A stretch of DNA of 64,000 nucleotides. Origin: Octopus sinensis. Its lineage: Eukaryota. Of this stretch, positions 1-14,038 are shown one piece after another. The notes below the pieces were generated by a model. The model ran no database searches, was not told the origin of the DNA, and saw only the letters and a program-made list of their open reading frames with translations. The stretch is from positions 25,358,001-25,422,000 of the forward strand of contig NC_043016.1 of NCBI RefSeq assembly GCF_006345805.1. Direction: 5' to 3'. A program made the position numbers and the translations under genes. The stretch's first letter is position 1; every line of letters starts with the position of its first letter.

Positions 1-194
1 ATTTTTTTTCTTTCTTTCGTTTTTTTTTATTATAAATTTCTTGTCCCAAGTTAACTCCTGCCATGTTGATACGTGTGAAAGAGAAATAAAAAATGTTTAA
101 CTTTGATGACACACTGAATTTGGTGGTTTACAAGTGCCTGACGCACCTTTTGTGTGCTTGTGTGTGGTGCATATGCATCCGTCATTTTTATCTT

Positions 195-219
195 ACACAC
201 ATGTATGTATATATATGTT

Positions 220-253
<34 letters not shown>

Positions 254-402
254 AACACACACACACAACCACATATACACGCACACTTCCAAATGTATAT
301 GAATTATGCATATTCTAAATAAATAACGGCAATTAGATCTTACATATAATTTTAGTTTCTAATATATGTGTATATATGTTTGTATATATATATATGTGTA
401 TG

Positions 403-435
<33 letters not shown>

Positions 436-592
436 ATATAATATATATATATATATATATATACACATATGTATATATGCATACATATGTACGTATATAT
501 ATGTATATACATGTGTATATATATCTATATACACACACATGTATATATGTGTGTATATATGCATATATATATATATGTCTATATATATGTGC

Positions 593-623
<31 letters not shown>

Positions 624-625
624 AT
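195..625. repeat. Compound (TA)n/(TG)n/(CA)n microsatellite block
   Basis: Directly visible dinucleotide runs; source of the Y/I/C/V/H/T-rich ORFs at 51-645. Confidence 0.95.
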
Positions 626-1419
626 AAGTAAATAAACCTAAACAATGAAAAAATGTTTGTTGTTTTGGATTAGTGTCCTGCTATTGTAGATGTGCAAATA
701 TTATTCAGAAATCCTATTACAGCAACTGCATTTTCCCTTTTACATTTACAAAATACTTCTTATTTATTGTTGTAAATTTTAGGAATATTTAAAAAAAATT
801 TTATCAATATCTGTTTAGAATATTTCCAATTGGTTACTGTATTGATGATTTCATAGTTGGTATTATTTTTACTGACTAGTCAAGATAGTGTTGGCACTTG
901 TTGATATAAATTTAATTTTTCTATATTTTGATTTCCTTGTAATGAATATTAATGAAAAGACAAGAGTGGTATCATCATTCACCCCACTTAAGTTTGTTGT
1001 TGCTGTTGTTCAGCCCCATGTGTATTCTGATTAAAGAGAACTCTGATCCCCAATGTCAGCTGTGACCATTTTGTCTTTTTTTTTTTTATTTTGTCAATAC
1101 ATCCTCTTTGTCTGTTTTCAGATGGTAGGGTGTGATTTAAGGAGAACCTAGCTGTTATTTCTTCCAAGTTAAGCCATCAATTAGAGGCTTTTTGTTGCAT
1201 TTGTTTGTGTTGGTTGTTTATTGCTCTGTTCCATTTGTCAGCCCTGATTATACAGACATATGATCGAAGGCTTTCCGGCATGAACATCCCATCTTCTTTC
1301 TAAGTTGTAGGAGGCTTTGTTGTTATCTCCACTAATTTAAGGTTTAATGTTAATCTCAGTATGACAACTTTTTCAATCTAGATTTATCTCCTACATCACA
1401 TTACAAAGACAATAATTTC

Positions 1420-1850
1420 TTCATTTCTAGAACAATCTGTACATGAGGAATGTTTGAAGGATCTTGGGAATAGGAAGTTCGCTAGCGGTCCCCAGCTGCA
1501 AGTATATCCCTGTTGGGAGAGCGTCTTGTTTGCTGTAGATTTTCCACAGATGCAGGGACAGGACGGGTTGAAGCCGTCAGTTGCTGGATCAGATGCTTCT
1601 GTCCACCAGAGCCCTGTTAGCCGGGTGCGGCCCTGATACCGCTGGGTGTCAGAACAATCTGCCTCGGGTGGCCCTACCAGAAACCGAAGTCTCTGACGGC
1701 ATAGCTCTGACACTCTAGTTTCACCCCCTTACCATGATGAGGAGGGGGTTGGACTTTAGAGAGATGCAGCATTGAGGATGAATGAAGCCATCTCAACCCA
1801 CGCTGGGTGAATGCTGTCTCAAGACAAGAAAGAAGAGAACAATCTGATTT
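1420..1850. other. GC/CpG-rich island, probably an unclassified retroelement fragment
   Basis: Abrupt rise in GC and CpG versus flanks; no recognisable protein motif in any frame I translated. Confidence 0.3.
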
Positions 1851-2885
1851 CATCTTTTGAAATGTTTAGTGTCAATGGAATATCTTTTTAATTCTTTTGA
1901 GGAATAATACTTGAAATGGATAAAATTTCATTTGGTACTTCATTAGTTCAAAATCATTGCAAGCTATATGTTTCTTAATTTTACTTTGTTGTTGGTCATG
2001 ATATAAGATGAAGTACTTTGCTTAATTTCTAGAACAGTTAGCAGTTTTACATCATGGTTGGATAGCATTATTTTTTATCCACTTGACAGATTTTATGCTT
2101 AGATGTTTTACATATGAATACATGCAAGTCTTTTATATACATCAGTCATCATCAGTTTTGCATGTTTTCCATACTGGCATTAATTGGATTGATCATCACA
2201 ATCAGAGTTGATTCTTATTTGGACTGTCTTTCTAGATGGGACAGAAGACCATGTCTTTCTCATAACATTATATTTTCCTACTTGGATAGTATTTTATAAT
2301 ACTTTACAGAATGTACAGGGTGCATTTTATCATGGTGTGACATTACAGAGAGGCTGTAATGTCTCCACACAGACTACTTTACATTGAATTTACATTGTCT
2401 TTGCTCATTTGCTAACTATTTTATAGAGCACTGGGTGCAGTTTATTGCAGTGCCAACACTATTGAAGTTTCCTTGTGCTCTCTACCCCGAGAAGAGTTTT
2501 CACTACTCTGTCTCTGTTCAAAGCAGCATGACCAAGAAGGTGAAATAAGGGAATGTCTTGCAAGAAGATTCGGGATAAGTGATTGGAATGAAAGAATAAT
2601 GGTAGAGATACAGTGCTGGAGTGAGAGGGGTGCTGTAATAACTCACAAGAGCTCAGAGTACATCTCAACTCCTCATTTAAATGAATTATAACTCACAGAA
2701 ATTGTTTAGTAAATAAATAAATAAAAATTTTAATTACTTGCTATGATACTGGCCTTTTTAAATCTTTTTAATTATATAAGCTTCAGATTTAGTTATAGTG
2801 GCCTTGGAATGCAGGGAATAAAAAAATGTATCAAGCATAGCAAGTTGTGAACTTTTGAAAGGATGTTCTAGTATCCAACCATACA

Positions 2886-3240
2886 GGCGTGGCTTTGTGG
2901 TTAAGAAGTTTGCTCTGCAACCACATGGTTCCAGGTTGTCTCACCGCATGGTAGTTTGGCCCACAGTTAATATAAGCCTTGTGAGTGGACTTGGTAGGCA
3001 GAAATTGAAAGAAGCTTGCTTTCTCTCTCTCTCTTTCTCTCTCTCTGAGTGAGAGAGTGAGACTGTCAAATAAGCAAATAAGCAGTGTCATTCATTTACC
3101 AATATTCTGTGGAAATATGTTTAGCCATAGGGAAATATTACTTCGCTTGGAAACAGGTGAAGGTTTGTAACAGGAAGGGTATCTGACCATAGAAAACATG
3201 TCTCAATAAACACAGTCCATCCCATGCAAATATGAAGAAG
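2886..3240 (+). mobile_element. tRNA-derived CORE-type SINE, variant with RTE-like 3' tail
   Basis: Head ggcgtggctttgtggttaagaag...ccttgtgagtggacttggtaggcagaaattgaaagaagc shared with other copies; tail ggaaacaggtgaagg...ggaagggtatc...ccatcccatgca resembles 36780-36880. Confidence 0.7.
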
Positions 3241-3727
3241 CTCATTTCCAAAAAGAGAGTGGAGAGGTGGGAAAAAACTTCAGAAATATTTTTCTTCAAC
3301 AATTATCAGAATTTAGATCCACTCAGTGATCCTCATGGCTCAAAAACCCATTCCCTATTTACATCTATTTATTTGAATCCCATGTTATAATTGTAGTATG
3401 TAAATTGTAAGCAAAGGAATAAAAATCGAAGGCATTTTTTTGCCATAAACATAATATTCAGGACATTTAATAAGCTTATACGATATTGTTTCATTTTATA
3501 TGAGGCTATCTGAAAATATTTAAATATCTTTCTTTCATGTTTTACCTGTAATTAGGGTAGTTTTGTGACAGATTCCATGAAAATATTTATGGAAGAACGT
3601 TTTAAGTTGTAATTTAAAATCACTTTAATATATATGTAAATGAGATAAAGTCACTCGGTTCATTCAACCAGTCTAAGTTCACAATTATTTAAGTTAGAAA
3701 TATAGTAAAAAAAAAAAAAAGAGTTAA

Positions 3728-3947
3728 TCCTTTAGCATTTAAACCGGCTGTATCTGGCCCAAATGTTCTACCTGCCTAATGTTGAAACTGGCCAGATCCA
3801 GCATCTTACACCTACCCTGCAATGTTATTCTAAAAATAAACAATCACATCTTTGAAATCTCTATCCTACAAGATAATACAATTTTAACTTTTAAAAATTT
3901 GAATAAATAAGCATTATAGTTGACAGAGTAATCTGAATGCAAAAGGG
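3728..3947. mobile_element. piggyBac-like MITE (TTAA target, CCTTT..AAAGGG ends)
   Basis: TTAA|tcctttagcatt ... aatgcaaaaggg|TTAA; second copy at 7405-7624. Confidence 0.8.
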
Positions 3948-4547
3948 TTAAATCAATAATTTTGATCATTGTGAAGTATGGAGTTAGCATTTTTTTAGTT
4001 ACATATTCAGTGTTGGCTGAATATGTAAAGAACATGTGGGTGTATGAATAATAGCTTATTGAATTCCTTTGTGTATAATTCTTATTTATATTTGAGTAGT
4101 TTTATGGTTTACTCAGAGGGAGAGGATAGCACACAATATATGCAGGTTCTCTGAGATTGGTGGTAGTGATGGGTGTATGAGTGGAATTTTGGAGAATTGG
4201 TCCACATATTTGCAGCAGTTTAAACTAATATACGCAATGGTTAAATGGCGGTGTTAACTAGCTGACATCAAATCTACTATTCAAAGTATGCCTGTTTCTG
4301 GCCTAATAAACCACAGTATTTTTTATCAAGATTGCACTGTCAATGTAAATAGGAACAGTTGATAGAAATGGGGAGAAGGGGTGTAGAAGGTTAAAAAACC
4401 AGTACAAAGTAGCATTGAAATCTACAACTTCAATGATAACCTGGAAAAGTGGGTTCAAACCTCATGCAACATTTTTATTGTTTTTTCTTTCTTTTTTTTT
4501 GTTGTCTTATCCATTCAATTTTTCATTTACATTCAATATATGGATAT

Positions 4548-4930
4548 AGGCACAGGCTTGGCTGTATAGTAAGGAGCTTGCTTCCCAATCACTTGGTCCT
4601 AGGTCCCAGTCCCACTGTGTGGCATCTTGGGCAAGTGTCTTCTACTATGGCCTTGGGCTGACCAAAGCCTTGTGAGTGGATTTGGTAGATGGAAGCTGAA
4701 AGAAGCCTGTCGTGTGTGTGTGTGTGTCTGTTTGCCATGCACCATCGCTTGACAACTGGTGTTGGTGTGTTTACGTCCCTGTAACTTAGCAGTTTGGCTA
4801 AAGAGACTGATAGAATAAGTACTAGGCTTACAAAGAATAAGTCCTAGGGTTGATTTCTTTGACTAAAAAACCCTCTAAAGCGATGCTGCAGCATGGCGGT
4901 AGTCAAATGGTTGAAACAGGTAAAAGAATA
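4548..4930 (+). mobile_element. CORE-type SINE, near full length
   Basis: tRNA-like head, CORE-like gcatcttgggcaagtgtcttctac, internal (TG)n, tail gcagcatggcggtagtcaaatggttgaaac. Confidence 0.85.
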
Positions 4931-5420
4931 TGTTATATGTTTTCTTGAGTTTTTAACAAGTGTAATATATAAACAAGAGACAGAGAAAACAAATTCTAAG
5001 GTGAAATCTGACATTGAAATAAAGATTAAAGGTGGTGCTCCAGCATGGCTGCAGTCAAATGACTGAAATAAGTAAAGGAGTAATTGAAAGAATACAATTG
5101 TTGAGAGTAATAAAACAAAGCTATGAAGTTGTAGTTTGGATTGCCATCTACATGCTGTACTGTATACACTTTCCAAACTAGTATTTGGAGAAACATTGTC
5201 TATAGTTGTGGCTGTATGGAAAGTGGTCAGTTAAAATTACTGTGGTCACAGATATTCACAAGTCCAAAGTACAGAGCTACAGGACATATTGAATATAAGA
5301 GACATAAAGTTGTCATCACTGTTTTGCTGAATTCATGTCAAATAAACCCATGCAAAGTGTAAATAATTTAAGAATGTTCAAGACATGTGCACATGCACAC
5401 ACAAATGACCAATAAATTAT

Positions 5421-5727
5421 ACTGTGTCCATGAGCAACACACTTAACTGTCAACAGTCCAGTTTACTTAGCCGTAAGTAGGTACACAATTGTCGACATTC
5501 CATTCTACCTAACTCTAAGTAGTATGATATAGTTCACTGTACTCTGTCCGTGAGCGAAACACTTAACTGTCAATGGTCTAATCTACCTAGCTGTAAATAG
5601 GTACCATGGTGTGGTATAGGTCCCTGTACTATGTACATGAGCAACACACTGAACTGTCAACACTCCAGTCTACCTAGCTGTAAGTAGGTACCACAGTGTG
5701 GTATAATTCCCTGTACTGTGTACATGA
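5421..5727. repeat. Minisatellite, ~3.2 units of 87-120 bp
   Basis: Units start actgtgtccatgagcaacacacttaactgtcaa at ~5421, 5541, 5628 and 5715 (partial). Confidence 0.85.
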
Positions 5728-6025
5728 CAGATAGGTTTACTAATTTAAAGAGCTGTATCACTAAACTTGTATTTCACTTGGTTACATTACTTAGTGTTAT
5801 GTCATACTGGATTAATGAATAAACGATACATCCTGAAGTGAATTTTGCTATTTTATTTCCGTCATGTTCTATCAGTGGCATTACAAAAGTCATGAAATGT
5901 CACCCACTCTTACTTTTATTTACTGTACAAATATAATAGCTTGTGACATACTAATGACATTTTATATATATATATATATATGTATTTATATATATATATA
6001 TATGTATTTCTCCATTTTCTTATCT

Positions 6026-6069
<44 letters not shown>

Positions 6070-6556
6070 CTGTTAAGTCATTTATCTTTATGTCAAAACA
6101 GTTGTGCAGTTAAGAAGCTCACTATGGGGTTTAATCATGAGTTACAGATGCTTGTCATACTTGCTGTCATAAGTACAGTGAACTAATTATTTGGTCCACT
6201 GGAAAACTGCTAATGTTTACCATTTTTTGTAATCTAAAATAACTGTGGTACCATTCATTTTTCTTGTTTGTGTTTGTGATGTTTATTTTGTCAATGTCTT
6301 GGGGATGAATCTAGAACAGTTGACTGGTAGATAGAGAGGGAAAAGAACGAGAACAAGAAAAATGACTGTTGTTTGAAATTGGCCAAACCGTCAAAGGTCA
6401 TTGTTCTCACATGCTCGCTTCATTCACAAACTTTATTCAGCTCTTATGCAGTTTCAACAACACAACAAAACCTTATTTTATTCGACCCTATCACCTCTAC
6501 TTCATCCACATCTATGAAGTCTTGTAAGTACTATTGTCTGAACAAACACAGATTCA

Positions 6557-6591
<35 letters not shown>

Positions 6592-7404
6592 AAGCACCCA
6601 CCCACATGTGTGCACATGTGCAGACACACACACAAACACACACACACACACACTCACACATACTAATGCTTTTCCTTTAAGCATTTATTTACCTTTTTAT
6701 TTTTCTCCCATATATTCATGAGTCACTTCCATTTTGTTTGCCATAATAAGTTTTGCTTCAATCCATCAGCTGCATTTCTAGACTGCTTCATGATCTCATC
6801 TTCAAGATGATGTAGTGTTGGAATGTGTTGCTGCATTGAAGGGCCAATATGATTTATGTTAACATTACTCCCAGAATTTGAATATTTGACAATGATATGT
6901 ACATCATCAGCCAGAGTATATATATATATATCTTTATGTTTATTTTCACATTGCACTACGCTGCAAGTATTGCTCCTATCGTTAATCGTCTATTTTTGTG
7001 TGGAATTCTTTATAGTATAGATGTGTTGTTTACTAATGTTTTCCTCTTTAGTTTTGTTTGGTGTTGTGTGGTCTAGTTGATTGCAATTGCACTTGTTAGG
7101 AGTGCATATCTCTGGATGACTTGTTTTTAAATGCTAATATACACCAATCATTAATTAGAATGAAATGCTTACTGACTGATGATGTATAAATGTAATTGCC
7201 AGAAACTAAACAATGCTAATACCAATCATATTGGCTCTGTGTAGCAATACCTATCACTAGCACTTTGTTCAGAAGATGAGGCAGTGAAAGTCTAGAAGCA
7301 TTGATAAGGCTTTGTGAAAACTTTTGTGTTCTAAACAACTGTAGGAGACTCATAAAAATATGAAAAGCCATTAGTAAAGAAGACAAATCTGAAATGGTTT
7401 TTAA

Positions 7405-7624
7405 CTCTTTAGCATTTAAACTGACCATATCTTGCCCAAATTTACTACTTGTTTTATGCTCAAACTGGCTATATCCAGCTTCTCATACCTACCCTACAAT
7501 GTCATTCTAAAAATATACGACCACATCGTTAAAACATTGAAGCTACAAGATAATGCATAATTAATTGAAAACAGTGTGAATAAACTAGCATTACATTTGA
7601 CAGAATAATCTGAATGCTAAAGGA
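7405..7624. mobile_element. piggyBac-like MITE, second copy
   Basis: TTAA|ctctttagcatttaaa ... aatgctaaagga|TTAA; colinear with 3728-3947. Confidence 0.8.
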
Positions 7625-9589
7625 TTAATGGGAGAGAGAGAGAGACAGACAGAAAGGGAGAGAGAGAGACAGACAGACAGAAAGGGAGAGAGAGAGAGAG
7701 AGAGCTTAAGGAATTGTCTAAAACATGAAGATGGCAGTGCATTGTGCTTCCAGTAGGAGTTGGATGCTGTGGGTTGTTAGGCAGACCATAACGTCCTACA
7801 TGGTTGGCATTGAATTAGATAAGGTAGCAGATTAGTGATTGATGAACTTTTGCTGAGTAGACATGGGGAGCTCTTCGCCATAGTTATGGCAGTGGTATAA
7901 ATGAGGACAACAAAGGAAATACCCCAGTAAACAATAAAACAAAATAGTTGTTCTGTAGTTGGAATGGTTTAAGCTGTCTGGGTGTTTTTTTTGTTGGGGA
8001 GTTTGTTACAGTGTAAGCCAAAAAAACCCCAAAAAAACTAGGATATAACTCTGGTAGTATGAATGTAATTTAGTATTGTTTGTGGACAATATTGTTAAAG
8101 GTGCTGAAATCAGCCATATTGGAGTGTGTGTGTTACAGGTAAGAGAAAGGGGTAAAATACATGTGAATACATGAGTTTACATATATATTGTCTAATTGGT
8201 TGAGAAGTTACAAAGGGACTTGAGAGCCAAGATTTTGATAATTGCTACACACAAACCTCTTAGGCATTGAATCACTTATGTAGCTTTTCAACCAAATAGT
8301 GTATTGCTGTGTATATATGTATACACACATGCACACGTGTGTGTGTTAGTGTAAATATTTTGTTGTCGTTTGATGTCTGGTCAACTCTAGTCTTGTAGAA
8401 CAACGATTAAAGATGTTCTTTCCTTAGCCATCGCATCTTTTCATATATCAGGGACTACATATTTAAGACCGTAGGGTGGATTTGAGGGAGATTTATCTTT
8501 TATTATTAACAAAGCAAGCAGCTGAACAGTGGCTCCTTTGTTGGCTGCGTGCATGTGTGTGTGTGTATTGGAAAAACACATTAAGAACAATATATTATGG
8601 TAATTCTAGATAATATTTAAAATTTAAAAAGAAATTATGTTCTTTAATTCTTCAATTAAATGAATGAGTTTTTTATATTGTAAATTTTCCATAGAAATTG
8701 TCAAAAGTTAAATTGTTGGTCGAAATATTGTTTTCATTTCCCTTTCTGTTGTTATTATTATTCAGTATTTTGGAATATGACAGTTGTAATATTTAAAAGT
8801 TGGCATTCTCATTCCCTGTAATCGTTAGAGATGTATCTTTTTTTTGCTGTGTGATATCTGCACTTTTTTGTTTGTTTGTTATGTTTGACAAGCCCTGTTC
8901 ATTAATTTATTTGGCTATTCCATTTTACTTGATATGTCAAACCAGAGCGGGGTCTGCAACGGAAACTTCCATTTATGGTAGATGGAGCTGGTTGGCAGCA
9001 CTAGGCAAGAATTTTGGCAGATGGTTGCTACAGCTGACTCTGACAGCGTCACACCTGATGGCTGTCCAACTGCTGCCTGACTGCGATGTAGGTCAAATTC
9101 ACCGCTCTCTTCGTTTCTTTACAATATGTCTCTGCCTGCCTGCACGCTGTAGCGTCATCGGAAATATGCATACTGTAATACATTTTTTGCTATATTTGCC
9201 TCAATGCATCGATATCTGGGGTATTCGTTTCTATAATTCATATTTTAGGGATTTTTAAGTTTAAAATAGAAATTATATGGGAGAAAGATAAAAAAAAAAA
9301 TAAAATGATAAAATTTTTTTTTAACATTAAGAAAGAAAAAGAAAAATCTTTAGTAAAATTGAGCTTATTAAAACTAAATTATTCTCTCCTAAAAAAAAAA
9401 TAAAATTCTAAGTTTGTGGTGAAAATTGTCTAGAGTATGTCTGATGATGTGCACAGCCACACGCAAATCCACACTACATATATGCATATAATAATTATTA
9501 GCTTTACAGTTTTACAATAAGCTATCTCTCATATATTAATAAAAACTTTTGTGTTTTGCTTTTTTCCTCTGTTTTATATATGTATATAT

Positions 9590-11260
9590 GTGTGTGTGTG
9601 TGTGTGTGTGTATAAAATATTTTGAGTTTTTTGGGTTTTTTTTTTTAACGTAAAGGTCTAATTGCTGCATTAATACATTTTTTAAAAAAGTGTATTACTT
9701 AGGTGTTGCCTACTAAGTGTTGCTTTTATATATATATTTTTAAAAGTTTCAAACAGTGTTTTATATGTTTTTGTGTATATTTTTTGTTCTTTGAATGTTT
9801 AAAAAGCAAAAAATTCCTTTTACCATTAGTTGCATCTGAGATTTTGATTCAATACTTTTAATTACGTTATTACTTTAACTGCTTTATTAAAATCTCTCTT
9901 AATTTGTAAATTTAATAAGTAAAGGTACTTGAAGCATTCATAGCATCCATTCATAAGTAAAAATGTGTTTTAATTATGAAATTGCTACATAATTTGATTT
10001 GCCTAATTATATAATTATTATGATTTCCTCTTGATTTTTAAAACCTATTTAAATAGTGTTCTGTGTTGTCTTTGTTGGCATTGTTTTCCCATAAAAAAAA
10101 AGCAAAACAAAATTAATTTAAAGTTTAAAATTATAAAATTTATATTTGGAATAATTAAGTTAAAAATGTAATTGAATTTTCTTTTCTTTTGTAGATTCAC
10201 AAACCACATCCACTTTGGAAGTTGAGTGCGCATAAAGCTTATGACTCTGGTTCTGGTGATATGAGGTTAGAAGGACTGAGAAAATATCATTCACGTATAC
10301 CCGAGCAATTGTGGCCATTATTGTGATGTGTATACATTAAGAAAATCCACAAATAAGGACAATGCTAAACTTTGTCTACAGTCTACTTGTATGTGTACAT
10401 TTATGAAAATTGTGTGTGTGTGTGTGTGGTGTGTGTATAAAATATTTTGAGTTTTTTGGGTTTTTTTTTTTAACGTAAAGGTCTAATTGCTGCATTAATA
10501 CATTTTTTAAAAAAGTGTATTACTTAGGTGTTGCCTACTAAGTGTTGCTTTTATATATATATTTTTTAAAAGTTTCAAACAGTGTTTTATATGTTTTTGT
10601 GTATATTTTTTTGTTCTTTGAATGTTTAAAAAGCAAAAAATTCCTTTTACCATTAAGTTGCATCTGAGATTTTGATTCAATACTTTTAATTACGTTATTA
10701 CTTTAACTGCTTTATTAAAATCTCTCTTAATTTGTAAATTTAATAAGTAAAGGTACTTGAAGCATTCATAGCATCCATTCATAAGTAAAAATGTGTTTTA
10801 ATTATGAAATTGCTACATAATTTGATTTGCCTAATTATATAATTATTATGATTTCCTCTTGATTTTTAAAACCTATTTAAATAGTGTTCTGTGTTGTCTT
10901 TGTTGGCATTGTTTTCCCATAAAAAAAAGCAAAACAAAATTAATTTAAAGTTTAAAATTATAAAATTTATATTTGGAATAATTAAGTTAAAAATGTAATT
11001 GAATTTTCTTTTCTTTTGTAGATTCACAAACCACATCCACTTTGGAAGTTGAGTGCGCATAAAGCTTATGACTCTGGTTCTGGTGATATGAGGTTAGAAG
11101 GACTGAGAAAATATCATTCACGTATACCCGAGCAATTGTGGCCATTATTGTGATGTGTATACATTAAGAAAATCCACAAATAAGGACACTGCTAAACTTT
11201 GTCTACCAGTCTACTTGTATGTGTACATTTATGAAAATTGTGTGTGTGTGTGTGTGTGTG
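9590..11260. repeat. Near-identical ~827-bp tandem duplication joined at (TG)n tracts
   Basis: 9611-10410 matches 10436-11240 with only a few indels/substitutions. Confidence 0.95.
10195..10265 (+). other. Candidate exon, unassigned (duplicated at 11022-11092)
   Basis: Strong acceptor ttttcttttcttttgtag|; open frame IHKPHPLWKLSAHKAYDSGSGDM; weak donor gag|gttaga; no homologue recognised. Confidence 0.3.
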
Positions 11261-11665
11261 TGCGTGTGCAGATTGTGTGTATGTGTAAGCATCATTAGGG
11301 ATAGAAAGTGTGTGGGTGTGGTTTTTATCATGTAAAAAAATCATATGTATATTTGTACATAAATAAAGTGTATAATTTAAGTACATATACATAAATTCAC
11401 ATACACACTCAAATGCATAGATATATGTGTACAAATTTACACACACACATACACACACACACACTTTCTCTTTTCTAAGTGTGTGTGAGTAAACACTAGA
11501 ATGTAAGCAAGGAGAAAAGAGAGTACTCAATATCAACATCAAAGTTTTATATTGTATTAGGAACAGAAATTTCACAAATTCTTACCCATTTTGTTTCTGT
11601 TCTTCAGAAATAAGAAACAAGGAAATTTGCCAAGTTTCTGCTTCTAGTAGAGTACTTAATATATA

Positions 11666-11704
<39 letters not shown>

Positions 11705-12492
11705 TATATAATTCATCAGCATCATTTAATGTCTGCTTTCCATGGGCATTAAATAATGATGACAAATGTATTATATATATAAATATAAACCAAATGTATT
11801 AGATTTATTTATTTATTTATTTACATACTCGTACATGCAAACACATGTATGATATATATACATTAACATTATTTATTTTTTTAATATATGTTGTATAAGA
11901 AAAAAAAAATTAACTTTGCTTTTAGGTAGTGTATGTATATGTATATACATATATATATTATACATATATATATATATATATATATAATATATATATGAAA
12001 GACTGATGAAAAAAAGTTTACATTTATTTCAAAATAGCTATTTAAATGCACATCTAATTTTTAGTTATGTCTTCTTTTCGATGATTGAGTATTATCAGTT
12101 AAAAGTATTCCTACAACATAGTTGGCAGTATGATTTGTTGCTAAGATGGCAACTGATCTATTGGAGTAACTGTGAAGATAATTCTTAATTAATATTCCTT
12201 TAGCAAATATAATTTAAAAAAAAAAAGGAAAGGAAAGAAAAACAGAAACAGATGAAAATAGCCCCTGAAGCACAATATTATCAAACATAAAATGAAATTA
12301 TCAAAGCAGGGTGGGATTGAACTTGCGAGAATATTAAAAGATTTCTATTGTTATATAACTGAATACAGAGCAATAGTGGTCATTCTTGTGCAGGCATTAT
12401 TATACATAATTACATACATACATTTTATACATAACTTATGTATGTGTTTGTGTGTGTGTGTGTGTGTGTGCGTGCGTGTGTGTGTGCATGTG

Positions 12493-12554
<62 letters not shown>

Positions 12555-13933
12555 TACACATATACATACATTGACATTCAGCTTGATCAGGTGTAAATAG
12601 ACGTTATATGCATCATTTTGTTTTTAATTTTTAAAAAAAAATTTCGTTTTTTTTTTTTTATTTTAGCAATAATCCTTACAAATTTGTGAATTTTTAGATT
12701 AAAATTTTAGTCTGTTAATATTTGTTTTTAATATTGTATGTCTTTTTAATGTAACTATTGCAGTCCAAGCTATCAAAGCTTGCTTTGTTGCCAGCTCTCA
12801 ATGACAATTTCATCTCAAGAAAAAAAAAAAAAAAAATTAAAATTAAAAAAATTTAAAAAATCAAAAAAAAAATAATAAAATGTAAAATAAAAAAAGCATA
12901 AGCAAGAAACAAGAAAAGGATGAAAAATACAAACATTAAACAGTTTTACATTATGGGGTGGTGGTGGTGGTGATGGTGATGAAATTGATAAATTAAACTG
13001 TTTAAGGTATTGAACAGTTGTTAATACAATGAAATATTGGAAATGCTGTTATTACTGTGGGTCGGGTGAACTCTTCCTTGTTACAACAAACAAATTTCTC
13101 CAGAAACGACAACATTTGTCATTCATTTCATTATTAAAACATGCTAGATAGAAATATATCCCATACTCAGTTAGGGCATCGCAAACACTCCCCTTTTCTT
13201 CATGAAGTGATTCCAGTTGGATTGGGGTTGGGGTTGGATGAGGTGGAAGGTTGTATATTCTGGATACTTTTCCGTTGCCTATTCCAAGACTATTTGGGTA
13301 GATTATTTGAGCTCTGGAAACTGAGGAAAGTACTTAGCGTCTACAAGTTGCTCCACCATTTATAACAGTAGACAATTATATTTTACTCATGTTACCGATT
13401 CAAAGCTAAGTGCACTACTAGGACCCCGACAGAGATGTCAGTGCTTTGGCAACAAGACCAGAACCATGTCAACTGAAACAGCTATAATACTCAAAAAAAA
13501 AAAAAAGAAAGAAAGAAAGAAAAAAAGAAGAGGATAATTGAGTAATTGAGTTGATCGTTTTTTCTTTGGTTGTTTGGGACCTGAACCAAAAACAAAAAAA
13601 AAATCGTGTGACACATAAAAACTGTGTTGATAGTTTCTTATAAAAATTAGGAAATGAGTTATTCTTGCTATGTGTATACATACATAATATGTATACATAC
13701 ATAATGTAATATCCAGATAAAATTAAATGACAAATTAATTAGTACATTGATTGAAAATATGATTTAGATGGATCTTTTTTTTTTACTGCCAAACATACTT
13801 GCCATTTCTTATCAGTCGAATTATTCATCTGATATTGTACTTTGGCACACACTGCAAATGAAATAAGCAAATTGCTTTGGTTATCTGTTATTCTGCTGAT
13901 CTATCATTTTCATCTTAATGTTAGAGAACATAC

Positions 13934-14038
13934 CACAAGATATCTCTTTGATTCCTCTGTAATAATTCTGGCTGAGGTAGCATTGAGAATGTTGCACTTC
14001 TTCGTTACATCCTTGTAATCGAACCAGCGAGGAAGCGT
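13934..14038 (-). other. Candidate 105-nt coding exon, unassigned
   Basis: Donor gtg|gtatgt; open frame TLPRWFDYKDVTKKCNILNATSARIITEESKRYLV (a second frame is also open); locally CpG-rich; acceptor lacks a good pyrimidine tract. Confidence 0.3.

Noticed and set aside
51-645. Supplied ORFs rich in Y/I/C/V/H/T (also 12292-12600, 19431-19777, 22024-22329, 36262-36696, 56859-57459, 62026-62634)
   Set aside because: Translations of dinucleotide microsatellites
5421-5727. CRISPR-like repeat/spacer array
   Set aside because: Eukaryotic context; units are diverged tandem copies without unique spacers
6723-6956. ORF with ADD-like motif as an RT fragment
   Set aside because: Resemblance to an RTE C-terminus too weak to support
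9003-9024. miR-31/72-like seed AGGCAAGA
   Set aside because: Several mismatches beyond the seed and no complementary arm to form a hairpin
8800-9258. 152-aa ORF as a single-exon gene
   Set aside because: Non-ATG start, T-rich intron-like ends, no recognisable domain
13875-13886. 12-nt match to miR-9 (ctttggttatct)
   Set aside because: 3' half does not match and there is no hairpin; at most a target site on the minus strand
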